32,000 nucleotides of DNA from Arcobacter sp. (GTDB lineage: Bacteria; Campylobacterota; Campylobacteria; Campylobacterales; Sulfurimonadaceae): contig JAGXFN010000010.1 in the NCBI GenBank assembly GCA_024637195.1, forward strand, positions 136,847 to 168,846, given 5' to 3'. Numbering within the stretch: the stretch's first letter is position 1; every line of letters begins with the position of its first letter. Below are positions 1 through 8,748 of this stretch, piece by piece. The position numbers and the translations under genes are program-made. The notes below the pieces were generated by a model. It was given only the letters and a program-made list of their open reading frames with translations. It did not search any database and had not been told where the DNA came from.

Positions 1-1
1 C

Positions 2-514
2 CTGGCTGAGTTGGGTTTTCAAAAAGAGGATGTTGATATTGTCTTCTGTTCCCATTTGCATTTCGATCATGCGGGGGGTCTTTGTGAGATGTGCCATGCG
101 GAGGTGCATGTGCATAAAAAAGAGCTTGAAGCGGCAAAGGCCTTGGCGGATGAAGCCTACTTTTCTCAAGATTTTGCGTGTCCGATCAACTGGCGTATCT
201 ACGAGAAGGAGTATGACCTTGCTCCGGGCGTGCGAGCCATAGAGACGCCCGGACATACGGCGGGTCATATGTCGATGCTGATAGAACTGCCAAAGGGCAG
301 ACCGATCCTGCTTGCGGGAGATGCGGCCGACTTGAGCGAAAACCTTGAAAAGGAGATCGCGCCGGGGCTTTGCTGGCAGGACAACGAGGCCATGGCAATC
401 GAGAGTATCCGAAAACTCAAAAGACTCTCTGCCGAGACAGGGGCAGAGATCTGGCCCAATCATGACATGCGGTATTTTGAGTCTAAGAACTGTTTTCCGA
501 AGTTTATTTTCTAA
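2..514 (+). CDS. MBL-fold hydrolase, AiiA-like N-acyl-homoserine lactonase family (5' end cut by window edge)
   Basis: The reading frame stays open back to base 2, so the TTG at 11 is probably not the true start. It has the zinc motif HLHFDHAGG (HxHxDH) and TPGHTAGH. The C-terminal pattern LLAGDA...ENLE...SIRKLKRL...PNHD...FP matches my memory of Bacillus AiiA. Confidence 0.65.
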   Translation: MAELGFQKEDVDIVFCSHLHFDHAGGLCEMCHAEVHVHKKELEAAKALADEAYFSQDFACPINWRIYEKEYDLAPGVRAIETPGHTAGHMSMLIELPKGRPILLAGDAADLSENLEKEIAPGLCWQDNEAMAIESIRKLKRLSAETGAEIWPNHDMRYFESKNCFPKFIF

Positions 515-541
515 GGCCTGCAGAGCCTATCTGTGCATTTT

Positions 542-583
542 ACAAGACGGCTTGTGAAACATTTTTGCACCCGGGACGGCCCG
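542..583 (+). promoter_or_regulatory. Candidate guanidine-II (mini-ykkC-type) riboswitch: two tandem ACGG-tetraloop hairpins in the carboxylase leader
   Basis: Hairpin 1 is ACAAG-ACGG-CTTGT (542-555). Hairpin 2 is CGGG-ACGG-CCCG (572-583). A 16-nt linker separates them. Both loops are ACGR closed by a G-C pair. The element sits 25 nt upstream of the ATG at 609, with SD AAGGA at 597-601. It was folded by eye only; no covariance model was run. Confidence 0.45.
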
Positions 584-608
584 TAAACTAAAACTCTAAG
601 GACATTAA

Positions 609-3600
609 ATGTTTAGCAAAATATTGATCGCCAACCGCGGGGAGATCGCCTGTCGTGTTATGCGTACGCTTAAAAAAATGGGCATTGCTTCAGTGGCTGT
701 CTACACCGCAGCCGACACCGATTCACGTCATGTCAGCATGGCTGACGAGGCCTACTATATCGGCCATGGCCTTGCAAGCGAAAGCTACCTTGATGCCCAG
801 AAGATCCTCTCTGTCGCCAAGGAGTGCGGTGCACAGGCGATCCATCCCGGCTACGGTTTTTTAAGTGAAAATGCGGCCTTTGCCGAGGCCTGCGAGCGTG
901 AGGGAATCGTCTTTATCGGACCGCGCACAGAGCACATGAAACAGTTCGGCCTCAAGCATACGGCTCGCGCTCTCGCCGAGAAGAACAGCGTGCCGCTGCT
1001 TCCGGGCTCTTCCATCCTGAACGACCTTGAAGAGGCGAAAGAGCAAGCCCTGCGTATTACCTATCCGGTGATGCTAAAAAGCACGGCGGGCGGCGGCGGT
1101 ATCGGGATGCAGCTGTGTTATGACGAAGAGGAGCTGTGCGAGGCTTATGTCTCGGTCAAGCGTCTTAGCGAAAACAACTTCTCCGACGGGGGTATGTTTT
1201 TAGAAAAGTATGTCGCCCTCGCGCGTCATATCGAAGTGCAGGTCTTTGGAGACGGTAAAGGCTTTGTCGCTACACTCGGTGACAGGGACTGTTCCGTTCA
1301 GCGTCGTAACCAAAAAGTGATCGAAGAGACTCCTGCTCCGGGCATAAGTGATGAGACTAGAGAAGCATTATACGCAGCAGCTGTCGCGCTCACATCATCT
1401 GTCTCTTACCTTTCTGCGGGAACGGTAGAGTTTGTCTATGACACGACGACAGACGCGTTTTATTTTCTTGAAGTAAATACACGTCTTCAGGTCGAACACG
1501 GCATCACAGAAGAGGTCACAGGTGTCGATCTTGTCGAGTGGATGATACGTCAGGCCTACGGAGAAAATCCGGCACTTTACGAGTATGTACATGCACCAAA
1601 AGGCCACTGCGTCGAGGTGCGTATCTATGCAGAAGATCCCTCTAAAAACTTTCAGCCGAGTTCGGGCGTACTTACGAATGTGAAGTTTGCCGAGGGTATC
1701 AGATGCGATACATTCATCGAGACGGGACTCACTGTTTCCGCATTTTATGATCCGATGATCGCAAAACTTATCATCAAAGCGGATGAGCGCAGTGAAGCGC
1801 TTGCAAAGATAGCCGATGCAGTCGACAACACCGAGATAGACGGGATAGAGACAAATCTTCGTTATCTGGGTGCGATCGTGAAATCAGAAGTGTTTAAAAA
1901 CGCACAGCAGACGACGAAGTATCTGAACAGTTTTGAGTTCAGTACAAGCAGCATAGATGTTCTTCGTCCGGGTACGCAGACAACGGTACAGGACTTTCCG
2001 GGACGTACCGGTTTTTGGGATATCGGCGTACCGCCTTCAGGGCCTTTTGATAACTTCAGTTTCCGCTATGCCAACCGTATCGTAGGCAATGATGAAGCAG
2101 CAGCAGGTCTGGAGATCGCTATTGCAGGACCGACATTGCGTTTTAATTCTGATACCGTTATTTCTCTGTGCGGTGCGAAGATCGATGCTTCTTTAGACGG
2201 TGAAGTGATACAGATGAATGAAGCCGTGAGTATCAAAGCAGGCAGTACACTCAAACTGAAAAAAGTGCACGCTCAAGGGTTTAGAACATACCTGGCAGTA
2301 CGCGGCGGTTTTGATGTGCCGCCTTATCTTGGAAGCCGTTCGACCTTTACCCTCGGACAGTTTGGCGGTCACGCGGGACGTACGCTTATCTCGGGCGATG
2401 TACTGCATATCGGTACACTCATAAAAGGTGAAGCGGTAGACAAGGCAGTGATCCCGCATCAGGATTTTGGAAATAAATGGCAGATAGGGGTACTTTACGG
2501 GCCTCACGGTGCTCCTGATTTTTTCACCGATAATGATATCAAGACATTTTTTGAGACGGAGTGGGAGATCCATTACAACTCAAACAGAACAGGTATCCGT
2601 CTGATAGGACCTAAGCCGCAGTGGGCAAGGACATCAGGTGGCGAGGCAGGACTTCACCCCTCAAATATCCATGACAACGCATACGCGATCGGTGCGGTGG
2701 ACTTTACCGGAGATATGCCGGTGATACTGGGCCCTGACGGTCCGAGTCTGGGCGGTTTTGTGTGTCCTGTGACGATCATCAATGCCGAACTCTGGAAGAT
2801 GGGTCAGCTTCGTGCAGGTGACAGAGTGAAGTTTGTCCCTGTTGAGCATGACACGGCAAAAGAGATGATCAAAGCACAAGATGATGCGATCGCAGAGCTA
2901 AAGAGCTATGATGAGACGGCTTTTCTTTCTTCTAAACCGATAGGTTCGCCTATCCTTTACAGGGATGAGGGGGAAAAAGATCTCCCATCCATTGTCATTC
3001 GCCAATCGGGTGACAGCAATCTTTTAGTCGAATACGGAGAGATGGAACTCGACATCAGTCTGCGCTTTCGTGTGCATGTACTTATGGAAGCATTGAAAGA
3101 GGCAAAAATCGAAGGTGTCACGGATATCACACCGGGTATCCGTTCTTTGCAGATCCATTTTGAACCAAGGGTATGCGACCGTGCGGCACTCATCCAAAGA
3201 TTAAAAGAGATAGAGTTGACACTTCCATCAGTCGATGACATCGAAGTCCCGGCGCGTATCGTGCATCTGCCGCTTTCATGGGATGATGAGTCAACCCGTA
3301 TAGCGATCGACAAATACATGAGAACCGTACGTCCGGACGCACCATGGTGTCCTAGTAACATCGAGTTTATCAGACGTATAAATGGCTTGGAGAGCATTGA
3401 AGAAGTCAAAAAGATCGTCTTTGGCGCGAACTATCTTGTCATGGGACTTGGTGACGTTTATCTCGGTGCTCCTGTGGCGACACCGCTTGATCCTCGTCAT
3501 CGTCTGGTAACGACAAAATACAATCCGGCACGCACATGGACACCGGAAAATGCCGTAGGTATCGGCGGAGCGTACATGTGTGTTTACGGCATGGAAGGTC

Positions 3601-4214
3601 CCGGCGGTTATCAGTTTGTCGGACGTACGGTGCAGATGTGGAACCGCTACCGTCAGACAAAAGATTTTATCCAAGACAAACCATGGCTTTTAAATTTCTT
3701 TGATCAGATCAAGTTCTATGAAGTCAGCTCAGATGAACTGCATCAGATGCGTGAAGATTTTCCAAGAGGGCGTTTCAATCTTAAGATCGAGGAGACGACC
3801 TTCAGTCTAAAAGCGTATAAAGAGTTTCTTGAGACAAACGAGGACTCGATCCAGACATTCAAAAAGACTCAGCAGGACGCTTTTGAAGAGGAGCGTCAGA
3901 TGTGGGAACGCACAGGTCTGGCCAACTTTACAACTGAAAGTGCGGATATACAAAAGCAAAATATGGAACGTATAGAGCTGGGCGAAAAGGGCGAGGCGGT
4001 CGAATCCCCCGTGCAGGGAACGCTCTGGAAAGTGCTGGCGAAGCCGGGCGATGTGGTAGAGGAGGGCGAGGTGCTTGCTATTGCCGAGTCGATGAAGATG
4101 GAGGTCGACATCGAAGCGCCTGAACATGGAAAGATCACCCATGTGCTCTGCCATGAAGGTGAAAACGTCCATGCCGGCAAGATGCTTTTTGTCATCGAAC
4201 CGACACAGAAGTAG
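609..4214 (+). CDS. uca: Urea carboxylase-type biotin-dependent carboxylase (urea or guanidine carboxylase)
   Basis: The ORF is 1201 aa. The N-terminus is a biotin carboxylase ATP-grasp ([21 protein letters not shown]). The middle is a KipA/KipI-like (allophanate hydrolase subunit 2/1-type) carboxyltransferase region. The C-terminus is a biotinyl domain with the AESMKME motif. An SD precedes the ATG. Confidence 0.9.
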   Translation: MFSKILIANRGEIACRVMRTLKKMGIASVAVYTAADTDSRHVSMADEAYYIGHGLASESYLDAQKILSVAKECGAQAIHPGYGFLSENAAFAEACEREGIVFIGPRTEHMKQFGLKHTARALAEKNSVPLLPGSSILNDLEEAKEQALRITYPVMLKSTAGGGGIGMQLCYDEEELCEAYVSVKRLSENNFSDGGMFLEKYVALARHIEVQVFGDGKGFVATLGDRDCSVQRRNQKVIEETPAPGISDETREALYAAAVALTSSVSYLSAGTVEFVYDTTTDAFYFLEVNTRLQVEHGITEEVTGVDLVEWMIRQAYGENPALYEYVHAPKGHCVEVRIYAEDPSKNFQPSSGVLTNVKFAEGIRCDTFIETGLTVSAFYDPMIAKLIIKADERSEALAKIADAVDNTEIDGIETNLRYLGAIVKSEVFKNAQQTTKYLNSFEFSTSSIDVLRPGTQTTVQDFPGRTGFWDIGVPPSGPFDNFSFRYANRIVGNDEAAAGLEIAIAGPTLRFNSDTVISLCGAKIDASLDGEVIQMNEAVSIKAGSTLKLKKVHAQGFRTYLAVRGGFDVPPYLGSRSTFTLGQFGGHAGRTLISGDVLHIGTLIKGEAVDKAVIPHQDFGNKWQIGVLYGPHGAPDFFTDNDIKTFFETEWEIHYNSNRTGIRLIGPKPQWARTSGGEAGLHPSNIHDNAYAIGAVDFTGDMPVILGPDGPSLGGFVCPVTIINAELWKMGQLRAGDRVKFVPVEHDTAKEMIKAQDDAIAELKSYDETAFLSSKPIGSPILYRDEGEKDLPSIVIRQSGDSNLLVEYGEMELDISLRFRVHVLMEALKEAKIEGVTDITPGIRSLQIHFEPRVCDRAALIQRLKEIELTLPSVDDIEVPARIVHLPLSWDDESTRIAIDKYMRTVRPDAPWCPSNIEFIRRINGLESIEEVKKIVFGANYLVMGLGDVYLGAPVATPLDPRHRLVTTKYNPARTWTPENAVGIGGAYMCVYGMEGPGGYQFVGRTVQMWNRYRQTKDFIQDKPWLLNFFDQIKFYEVSSDELHQMREDFPRGRFNLKIEETTFSLKAYKEFLETNEDSIQTFKKTQQDAFEEERQMWERTGLANFTTESADIQKQNMERIELGEKGEAVESPVQGTLWKVLAKPGDVVEEGEVLAIAESMKMEVDIEAPEHGKITHVLCHEGENVHAGKMLFVIEPTQK

Positions 4215-4220
4215 GTCTTT

Positions 4221-5105
4221 ATGCGCAAACAACTTCCGGTCATTGTGCTAATGGGCGCGTCGGTGCTTTGGGGCCTCTCCTGGCTGCCGCTTAAGGGGAT
4301 AAACGCGATGGGAATAGAGGGAGTTACGCTGATATTTGCGGCCTACGCGATACTCTCGCTCGCGCTTACCCCCTGGCTGTTTCGCCAGATTCAGGTGTTG
4401 AAAACGCATAAAAAAGCGCTCTTTCTGATCGCTCTTCTGGGCGGCGGAGCCAGCCTCTCTTTTACCTATGCGCTGATCAACGGCGAGGTGATCCGCGTGA
4501 TGGTGCTTTTTTACCTGCTTCCTCTTTGGGGAGTGCTGGGCGGAAGGTTCTTCTTGAAAGAAGAGGTCGATCGCTGGCGCTGGCTCGGAGTCATTTTGGC
4601 GCTCTTGGGGGCTTTTTTGATTCTCGGCGGTTTTGAGGCACTTGGTGGAGCACCCTCGTGGATAGACCTGATCGCCTTGCTCTCAGGCCTTCTTTTTTCC
4701 CTGAACAACCTTGTTTTTCGTGCTGCGCAGGAGGTGAGTGTGACTTCAAAGATAGGGGTGATGTTCTACGGATGTTTCGCGCTCGCGGCGCTTTTGCTGG
4801 CCGGAGGTGTGGAAGAGTTTCCTCAAGACCTTTCAAGCAGCGCCTGGTCGGCACTGATACTCTACGCGCTGCTTTGGCTGCTTGTGGCCAATGCAGGCTC
4901 GCAGTGGAGCGTCACCCACATGGAAGCGGGGCGCTCCTCGATCATTATCATCTTGGAGCTGATAACGGCGGTGCTTTCAGCGACGCTGATCGCGGGAGAG
5001 AGTATGTCGGTGACGGAGTATGTTGGCGGCGCACTGATCGTGAGTGCCGCATTTATAGAAGCGCTGCGCACCAAAGATGAAAAGATACCAAACACAACAC
5101 TCTAA
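4221..5105 (+). CDS. EamA/DMT-family transporter
   Basis: The 294-aa protein is very hydrophobic, with about 10 predicted TM segments in a two-halves arrangement typical of EamA. It starts 7 nt after the carboxylase stop. Confidence 0.7.
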   Translation: MRKQLPVIVLMGASVLWGLSWLPLKGINAMGIEGVTLIFAAYAILSLALTPWLFRQIQVLKTHKKALFLIALLGGGASLSFTYALINGEVIRVMVLFYLLPLWGVLGGRFFLKEEVDRWRWLGVILALLGAFLILGGFEALGGAPSWIDLIALLSGLLFSLNNLVFRAAQEVSVTSKIGVMFYGCFALAALLLAGGVEEFPQDLSSSAWSALILYALLWLLVANAGSQWSVTHMEAGRSSIIIILELITAVLSATLIAGESMSVTEYVGGALIVSAAFIEALRTKDEKIPNTTL

Positions 5106-5115
5106 GGAAAAAAAC

Positions 5116-6450
5116 ATGACGATAACCCAACTTAAAAACAGCTACAGAAACAAAACACTTAGCCCTAGAACGCTGATGGAGCAGATCGCTGCGCGCATTG
5201 GCAAACACGCGGACAACCCGATCTGGATCTACCTGCTCAGCAGTGAAGAGCTAGAGCCCTATCTGGCCCGTCTTGAAGCTTCTGATCCGGCGGAACTTCC
5301 TCTGTACGGCATCCCTTTTGCGATCAAAGACAACATTGATCTGCAGGGTGTTCCGACGACAGCAGCCTGCCCCGACTACAGCTACACTCCCGAAGCATCC
5401 GCCTACGTGGTGCAGGTGCTGATCGAAGCAGGGGCCATTCCTATAGGAAAGACCAATCTTGACCAGTTCGCCACGGGCCTTGTCGGAACGCGCTCCCCCT
5501 ACGGCGCATGCAAAAACAGCATCAATCCCGACTATATCTCGGGCGGTTCAAGCTCGGGAAGCGCGGTGAGTGTGGCACTGGGAATGGCTGCCTTTTCTCT
5601 GGGAACGGACACAGCAGGCTCAGGAAGGGTCCCAGCCGCTTTTAACAATCTTGTCGGATTGAAACCCTCCAAAGGAGTATTGAGCACCTCAGGCGTCGTT
5701 CCTGCATGCAGAACGCTCGACTGTGTCTCTATCTTTGCACACAGCAGTGAAGATGTGCAGAGGGTATTTGACGTGGCGGCCTCTTTTGATGTGGAGGATC
5801 CCTATAGCAGGAAAATGCCGGCTCTGCACAAAAATGCACCCTCTTTCTTCAGCTTTGCCGTGCCCGCAAAAGAGCAGCTGAAATTCTTTGGAGACAAGGA
5901 GGCGGAAGCCCTTTATTATAAAGCGGTGGAAACCTTTGAACGGATGGGAGGGCGCGCGGTCGAGACCGACTTTACACCGCTTTTTGAAGCAGCAGATCTT
6001 CTGTATTTCGGACCGTGGGTGAGCGAACGCTATATCGCCGTTAAAGAGATGCTCGAAAACAAACCCGAAAGCTTTATCGACGTGACCCGGACCATCATTT
6101 CTTCGGGTAAATCAAAAAGCGCGGAAGAGTATTTTAATGCCGAGTACAAACTCAAAGCCTACAAACGTCAGTCTGAAAGAGTGATGCAGGGGGTGGATTT
6201 TGCGCTGACACCGACTACGGGAACGATCTACACTATCGATGAGGTCAATGCCGATCCGCTGCAGCTCAACACCAATCTGGGCTACTATACGAATTTTATG
6301 AACCTGCTTGACTTCTGCGCCTTCGCGGTTCCCGCAGGCTTCAGAGAAAACGGACTGCCTTTTGGCGTGACGCTCTTCGCCGAGGCTTTTGAAGAGAGCA
6401 AACTGCTGCAGCTTGGCGAGCGCTATGTGAAAATGGCTTCTAATGTCTGA
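5116..6450 (+). CDS. Allophanate hydrolase, amidase-signature domain only (C-terminal domain encoded separately)
   Basis: It carries the amidase signature GGSSSGSA and the GTDTAGSGRVPAA motif. I prefer the ATG at 5116 (MTITQLKN...) because it follows AAGGA; the upstream ATG at 5077 overlaps the transporter gene. The ORF ends where full-length homologues continue into a C-terminal domain. Confidence 0.85.
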   Translation: MTITQLKNSYRNKTLSPRTLMEQIAARIGKHADNPIWIYLLSSEELEPYLARLEASDPAELPLYGIPFAIKDNIDLQGVPTTAACPDYSYTPEASAYVVQVLIEAGAIPIGKTNLDQFATGLVGTRSPYGACKNSINPDYISGGSSSGSAVSVALGMAAFSLGTDTAGSGRVPAAFNNLVGLKPSKGVLSTSGVVPACRTLDCVSIFAHSSEDVQRVFDVAASFDVEDPYSRKMPALHKNAPSFFSFAVPAKEQLKFFGDKEAEALYYKAVETFERMGGRAVETDFTPLFEAADLLYFGPWVSERYIAVKEMLENKPESFIDVTRTIISSGKSKSAEEYFNAEYKLKAYKRQSERVMQGVDFALTPTTGTIYTIDEVNADPLQLNTNLGYYTNFMNLLDFCAFAVPAGFRENGLPFGVTLFAEAFEESKLLQLGERYVKMASNV

Positions 6451-6829
6451 AGTCATCGCGATTGCCGTCTGCGGGGCACACATGAGGGGCCTTCCTCTGA
6501 ACCACCAGCTCACCGAACTGGGTGCACGTTTTGAGAAGGAAAGCGCTACTGCCAAGGGCTACCGATTCTACAATGTTCCCGAAAAAATGCCTCCGCGTCC
6601 GGGCTTGCTTCGCGACAGTACAAGCGAGGATTCTATTTTACTCGAGGTATGGGTTATGCCGCTGGAAAACTTCGGTGCATTTATGATCCAGATCGCCTCG
6701 CCGCTGTGTATTGGAACTGTTTTTCTTGAAGACGGAAGCAGCGTTTACGGTTTCTTGTGCGAGAGCGAGGCACTGAAGGATGCCCAGGAGATCACAGCTT
6801 ACGGAGGATGGCGGGACTACCTGACATAG
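6443..6829 (+). CDS. Allophanate hydrolase C-terminal domain as a stand-alone 128-aa ORF
   Basis: AVCGAHMRGLPLNHQL...PPRPGLL...VYGFLCE...YGGWRDYL matches the remembered C-terminal domain of full-length allophanate hydrolases. Its ATG overlaps the previous stop by 8 nt, and the two ORFs are in adjacent reading frames. Confidence 0.7.
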   Translation: MSEVIAIAVCGAHMRGLPLNHQLTELGARFEKESATAKGYRFYNVPEKMPPRPGLLRDSTSEDSILLEVWVMPLENFGAFMIQIASPLCIGTVFLEDGSSVYGFLCESEALKDAQEITAYGGWRDYLT

Positions 6830-6857
6830 AGTGAAACGAGAAAGCAAAACCCCTCCT

Positions 6858-6947
6858 GTCATCCTCGGGCTTCGCGTTCCCTTGAGGGTAAACCCGGGAA
6901 CCCAAAGTGCGCAAGGGAGATTCCCAATCAAGTTGGAAATGACGAAG
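6858..6947. repeat. GC-rich palindromic repeat cluster between convergent genes
   Basis: The termini are inverted: GTCAT (6858-6862) and ATGAC (6939-6943). Internal hairpins include CCTCGGG...CCTTGAGG and GGGAA...TTCCC. The right unit GAGATTCCCAATCAAGTTGGAAATGACGAAG (6917-6947) has the same layout as units at 29907-29936 and 30215-30241. Confidence 0.5.
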
Positions 6948-6963
6948 GTTGCAAATCCTGTCG

Positions 6964-8193
6964 TTAAAACTCGTACCTGAATACCAAAAGCGCCAGGTCT
7001 ATCTTCCCTGTGTCTGTGCTTTGAACTTCTCTTGTGCCGTGGGAATACTCCAGACCGGCCAAGGCGTTTGCGAAAGGAGTCCAGAAGAGGTTGGCCTGAA
7101 GCGATGTGACGCTCTTGTTGGCTTTTTGCAGATCGCTGCGTATCTCATTGCTGTCTTCTGTTGCAGCGTAGGCGTAGGCGAGGGTGCTTCTTAGGGTCTG
7201 GCTCCAAAAGTGCCGGTATCCCAGATGCGCGCCGTAGCTTTTGCGAAGCCGGATCTTTCCGTCGTCATCTACAAAGCCCGCCGCAAAAGCATTGTAGGCC
7301 ATGTACCTTCCCATCCCCAGCCCGTACTGAAGATCAAAGCGGATGTCGTCTTGATTGTAGGTCTGTATCTTCGCGGAGAGATTCGCAGCGTAGCCAAAGG
7401 CGGAGTCTTTTGAACTGAGCTGAGTTGCGTCACTGAGCAGCGCCTTGTCTTGGGCTATGTGCCTAAAGAGCAGTGCAAAACTCGCTTCGCCCCAGGAAGG
7501 GTAGTACCTCACCCTCGTAACAAGGTCCGGCAGCAGGTCGTCCTGAGGTGTTATGATGCTTGCATTTTTGTCGATAAGGGTCGTCTCGGGCTGTTCAAAA
7601 GAGAAGTCGTAAGCCACCGAGCCCTTGTCTATAGTGTAACGCACAAGCGGCTGCCTGACGAAAACGTCGTTGATAACATAATCTATCGTATCCAGAGTGA
7701 CCAAAGAGTTGAAAGCGGAGTTGGTTTGGCCTACGGTAAAGCCGCCGAGCGTGACATAGGCATGGCGAAGGCGCGGATTGTGGGAGTTGGTGCTTTTTTC
7801 ATTTCCGCTGCTTCCCCAAAAATCCAGCTCTATCAGTGCTCTGGCCGGTCCATAGGCTGTCGGCGTTCTGCTCTTGATCCAAAACCTGCTGTCTCGCGCA
7901 CTCATCTTCAGCTGTGCGTTTTCGCCCTCAGAACTGAGCGGGATCTTCCCGGCGTAAAAACTCCCCTCCGGCCATCCCCAGATACTGCGCAGGTCTATCC
8001 TTCCGCCGACACTGATGATGCTCTGCTTGTCTGCGGATTCAAAACTCCCGTTCTCTTTTATCTGCTGTGCATCCACGCGTTTGGTGAGTTCTGCTAGCTT
8101 CTTCTCCAGCGCACGCAGCTCTTCATTCGCCCCAGAGAGACAAAAAAGAAGAGACAGCGCAAAAATGAGCCTAAAAAGCATTAGTGACACCAA
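6964..8193 (-). CDS. Outer-membrane porin with N-terminal coiled coil (DcaP-like architecture)
   Basis: It has a signal peptide (MLFRLIFALSLLFCLSGA) followed by a heptad-like segment (EELRALEKKLAELTKRVDAQQ). The rest is a Gly/Tyr/Asp-rich sequence of alternating beta-strand character ending in ...FRYEF (C-terminal Phe). The start may be the ATG at 8181 rather than 8193. Confidence 0.65.
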   Translation of the reverse strand: MVSLMLFRLIFALSLLFCLSGANEELRALEKKLAELTKRVDAQQIKENGSFESADKQSIISVGGRIDLRSIWGWPEGSFYAGKIPLSSEGENAQLKMSARDSRFWIKSRTPTAYGPARALIELDFWGSSGNEKSTNSHNPRLRHAYVTLGGFTVGQTNSAFNSLVTLDTIDYVINDVFVRQPLVRYTIDKGSVAYDFSFEQPETTLIDKNASIITPQDDLLPDLVTRVRYYPSWGEASFALLFRHIAQDKALLSDATQLSSKDSAFGYAANLSAKIQTYNQDDIRFDLQYGLGMGRYMAYNAFAAGFVDDDGKIRLRKSYGAHLGYRHFWSQTLRSTLAYAYAATEDSNEIRSDLQKANKSVTSLQANLFWTPFANALAGLEYSHGTREVQSTDTGKIDLALLVFRYEF

Positions 8194-8635
8194 AATTTGA
8201 GTGGCAGGAGAGACAGCTTCTTTTTAGCTTCTCTATAGCAAAGTCCAGCTTTTCTACCTCATAATTATTTGCGATCCTCTCTATCTCGTCAGCACTTTTG
8301 GAGAGGTTCTTTACATTGCGCGTATACACAAGCCGATCCTCTTGGCTCATCTCATCGCGCAAAGAGCCCTCCGCCATCTCGTTTAGTTTCAAGACCGTAA
8401 TTTTTAGGTCGTCTGACAAGCGCAAGGCCTTCCTGAGCCGCGCATCATCTTTTTCAAGCTCGCTTTTGTAGTTGTTTGCGACGGAGATGTTCAGCGTGCC
8501 CATAAGCAACTTCAGCTCTTTACTCTGAAACCGATGCACTTTTTTAGCAGAACTCTCCGCAGAAAGCTCACCCTGAAAAGAACAGGCGCTAAAGCCCGTC
8601 AGAAGCACAAAGAGAACAAGGGTTTTAAAAAGCAT
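8171..8635 (-). CDS. Cytochrome c'-like (class II c-type cytochrome) lipoprotein
   Basis: The 154-aa protein has a signal sequence with a lipobox-like FSAC. The body is predicted helical, with a single CLSCH (CxxCH) haem site about 10 residues from the C-terminus, as in class II cytochromes c. SD AAGGA precedes the ATG. Confidence 0.55.
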   Translation of the reverse strand: MLFKTLVLFVLLTGFSACSFQGELSAESSAKKVHRFQSKELKLLMGTLNISVANNYKSELEKDDARLRKALRLSDDLKITVLKLNEMAEGSLRDEMSQEDRLVYTRNVKNLSKSADEIERIANNYEVEKLDFAIEKLKRSCLSCHSNFGVTNAF

Positions 8636-8659
8636 GAGGAGTCCTTTTTTGTATGAAGG

Positions 8660-8668
8660 ATTATAGCA
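8660..8668 (-). promoter_or_regulatory. Candidate extended -10 promoter (TGCTATAAT) for the cytochrome/porin pair
   Basis: The reverse complement of 8660-8668 reads TGCTATAAT. It lies 24 nt upstream of the ATG at 8635. No convincing -35 element was found. Confidence 0.35.
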
Positions 8669-8748
8669 TTGTCTGGCCGGGAGTATTTTCCCTCGCTATT
8701 AGGAGGAGTGCAGCGAAACCACTCGTCATTGAGGGAAGAGAAGTATAC

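Noticed and set aside
515-608. Guanidine-I (ykkC) riboswitch upstream of the urea-carboxylase-type gene
   Set aside because: The leader is too short. It lacks the remembered conserved blocks of ykkC RNAs (GGGA / GGTCCGAGAG / ACGG...GGGACAAAAGCCCGGGA). Only the two mini-ykkC-like hairpins are present, and those are reported separately.
7450-8097. 215-aa plus-strand ORF antisense to the porin gene, and similar antisense or alternate-frame ORFs at 4658-5080, 2193-2573, 2957-3409, 3807-4232 and 30164-30580
   Set aside because: Each lies fully inside a gene with strong family-level support on the other strand or in another frame. The translations are Arg/Ser/Cys-rich and low in complexity, as expected from out-of-frame reading of GC-rich coding DNA. 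No start context or recognisable motif was found.
8690-8745. Intrinsic terminator after wzz
   Set aside because: A 7-bp stem (TTCCCTC/GAGGGAA) can form on the minus strand. However, the loop is about 31 nt and the sequence after it is A-rich rather than U-rich, so it is not a convincing rho-independent terminator. It more likely reflects a degenerate copy of the palindromic repeat family.
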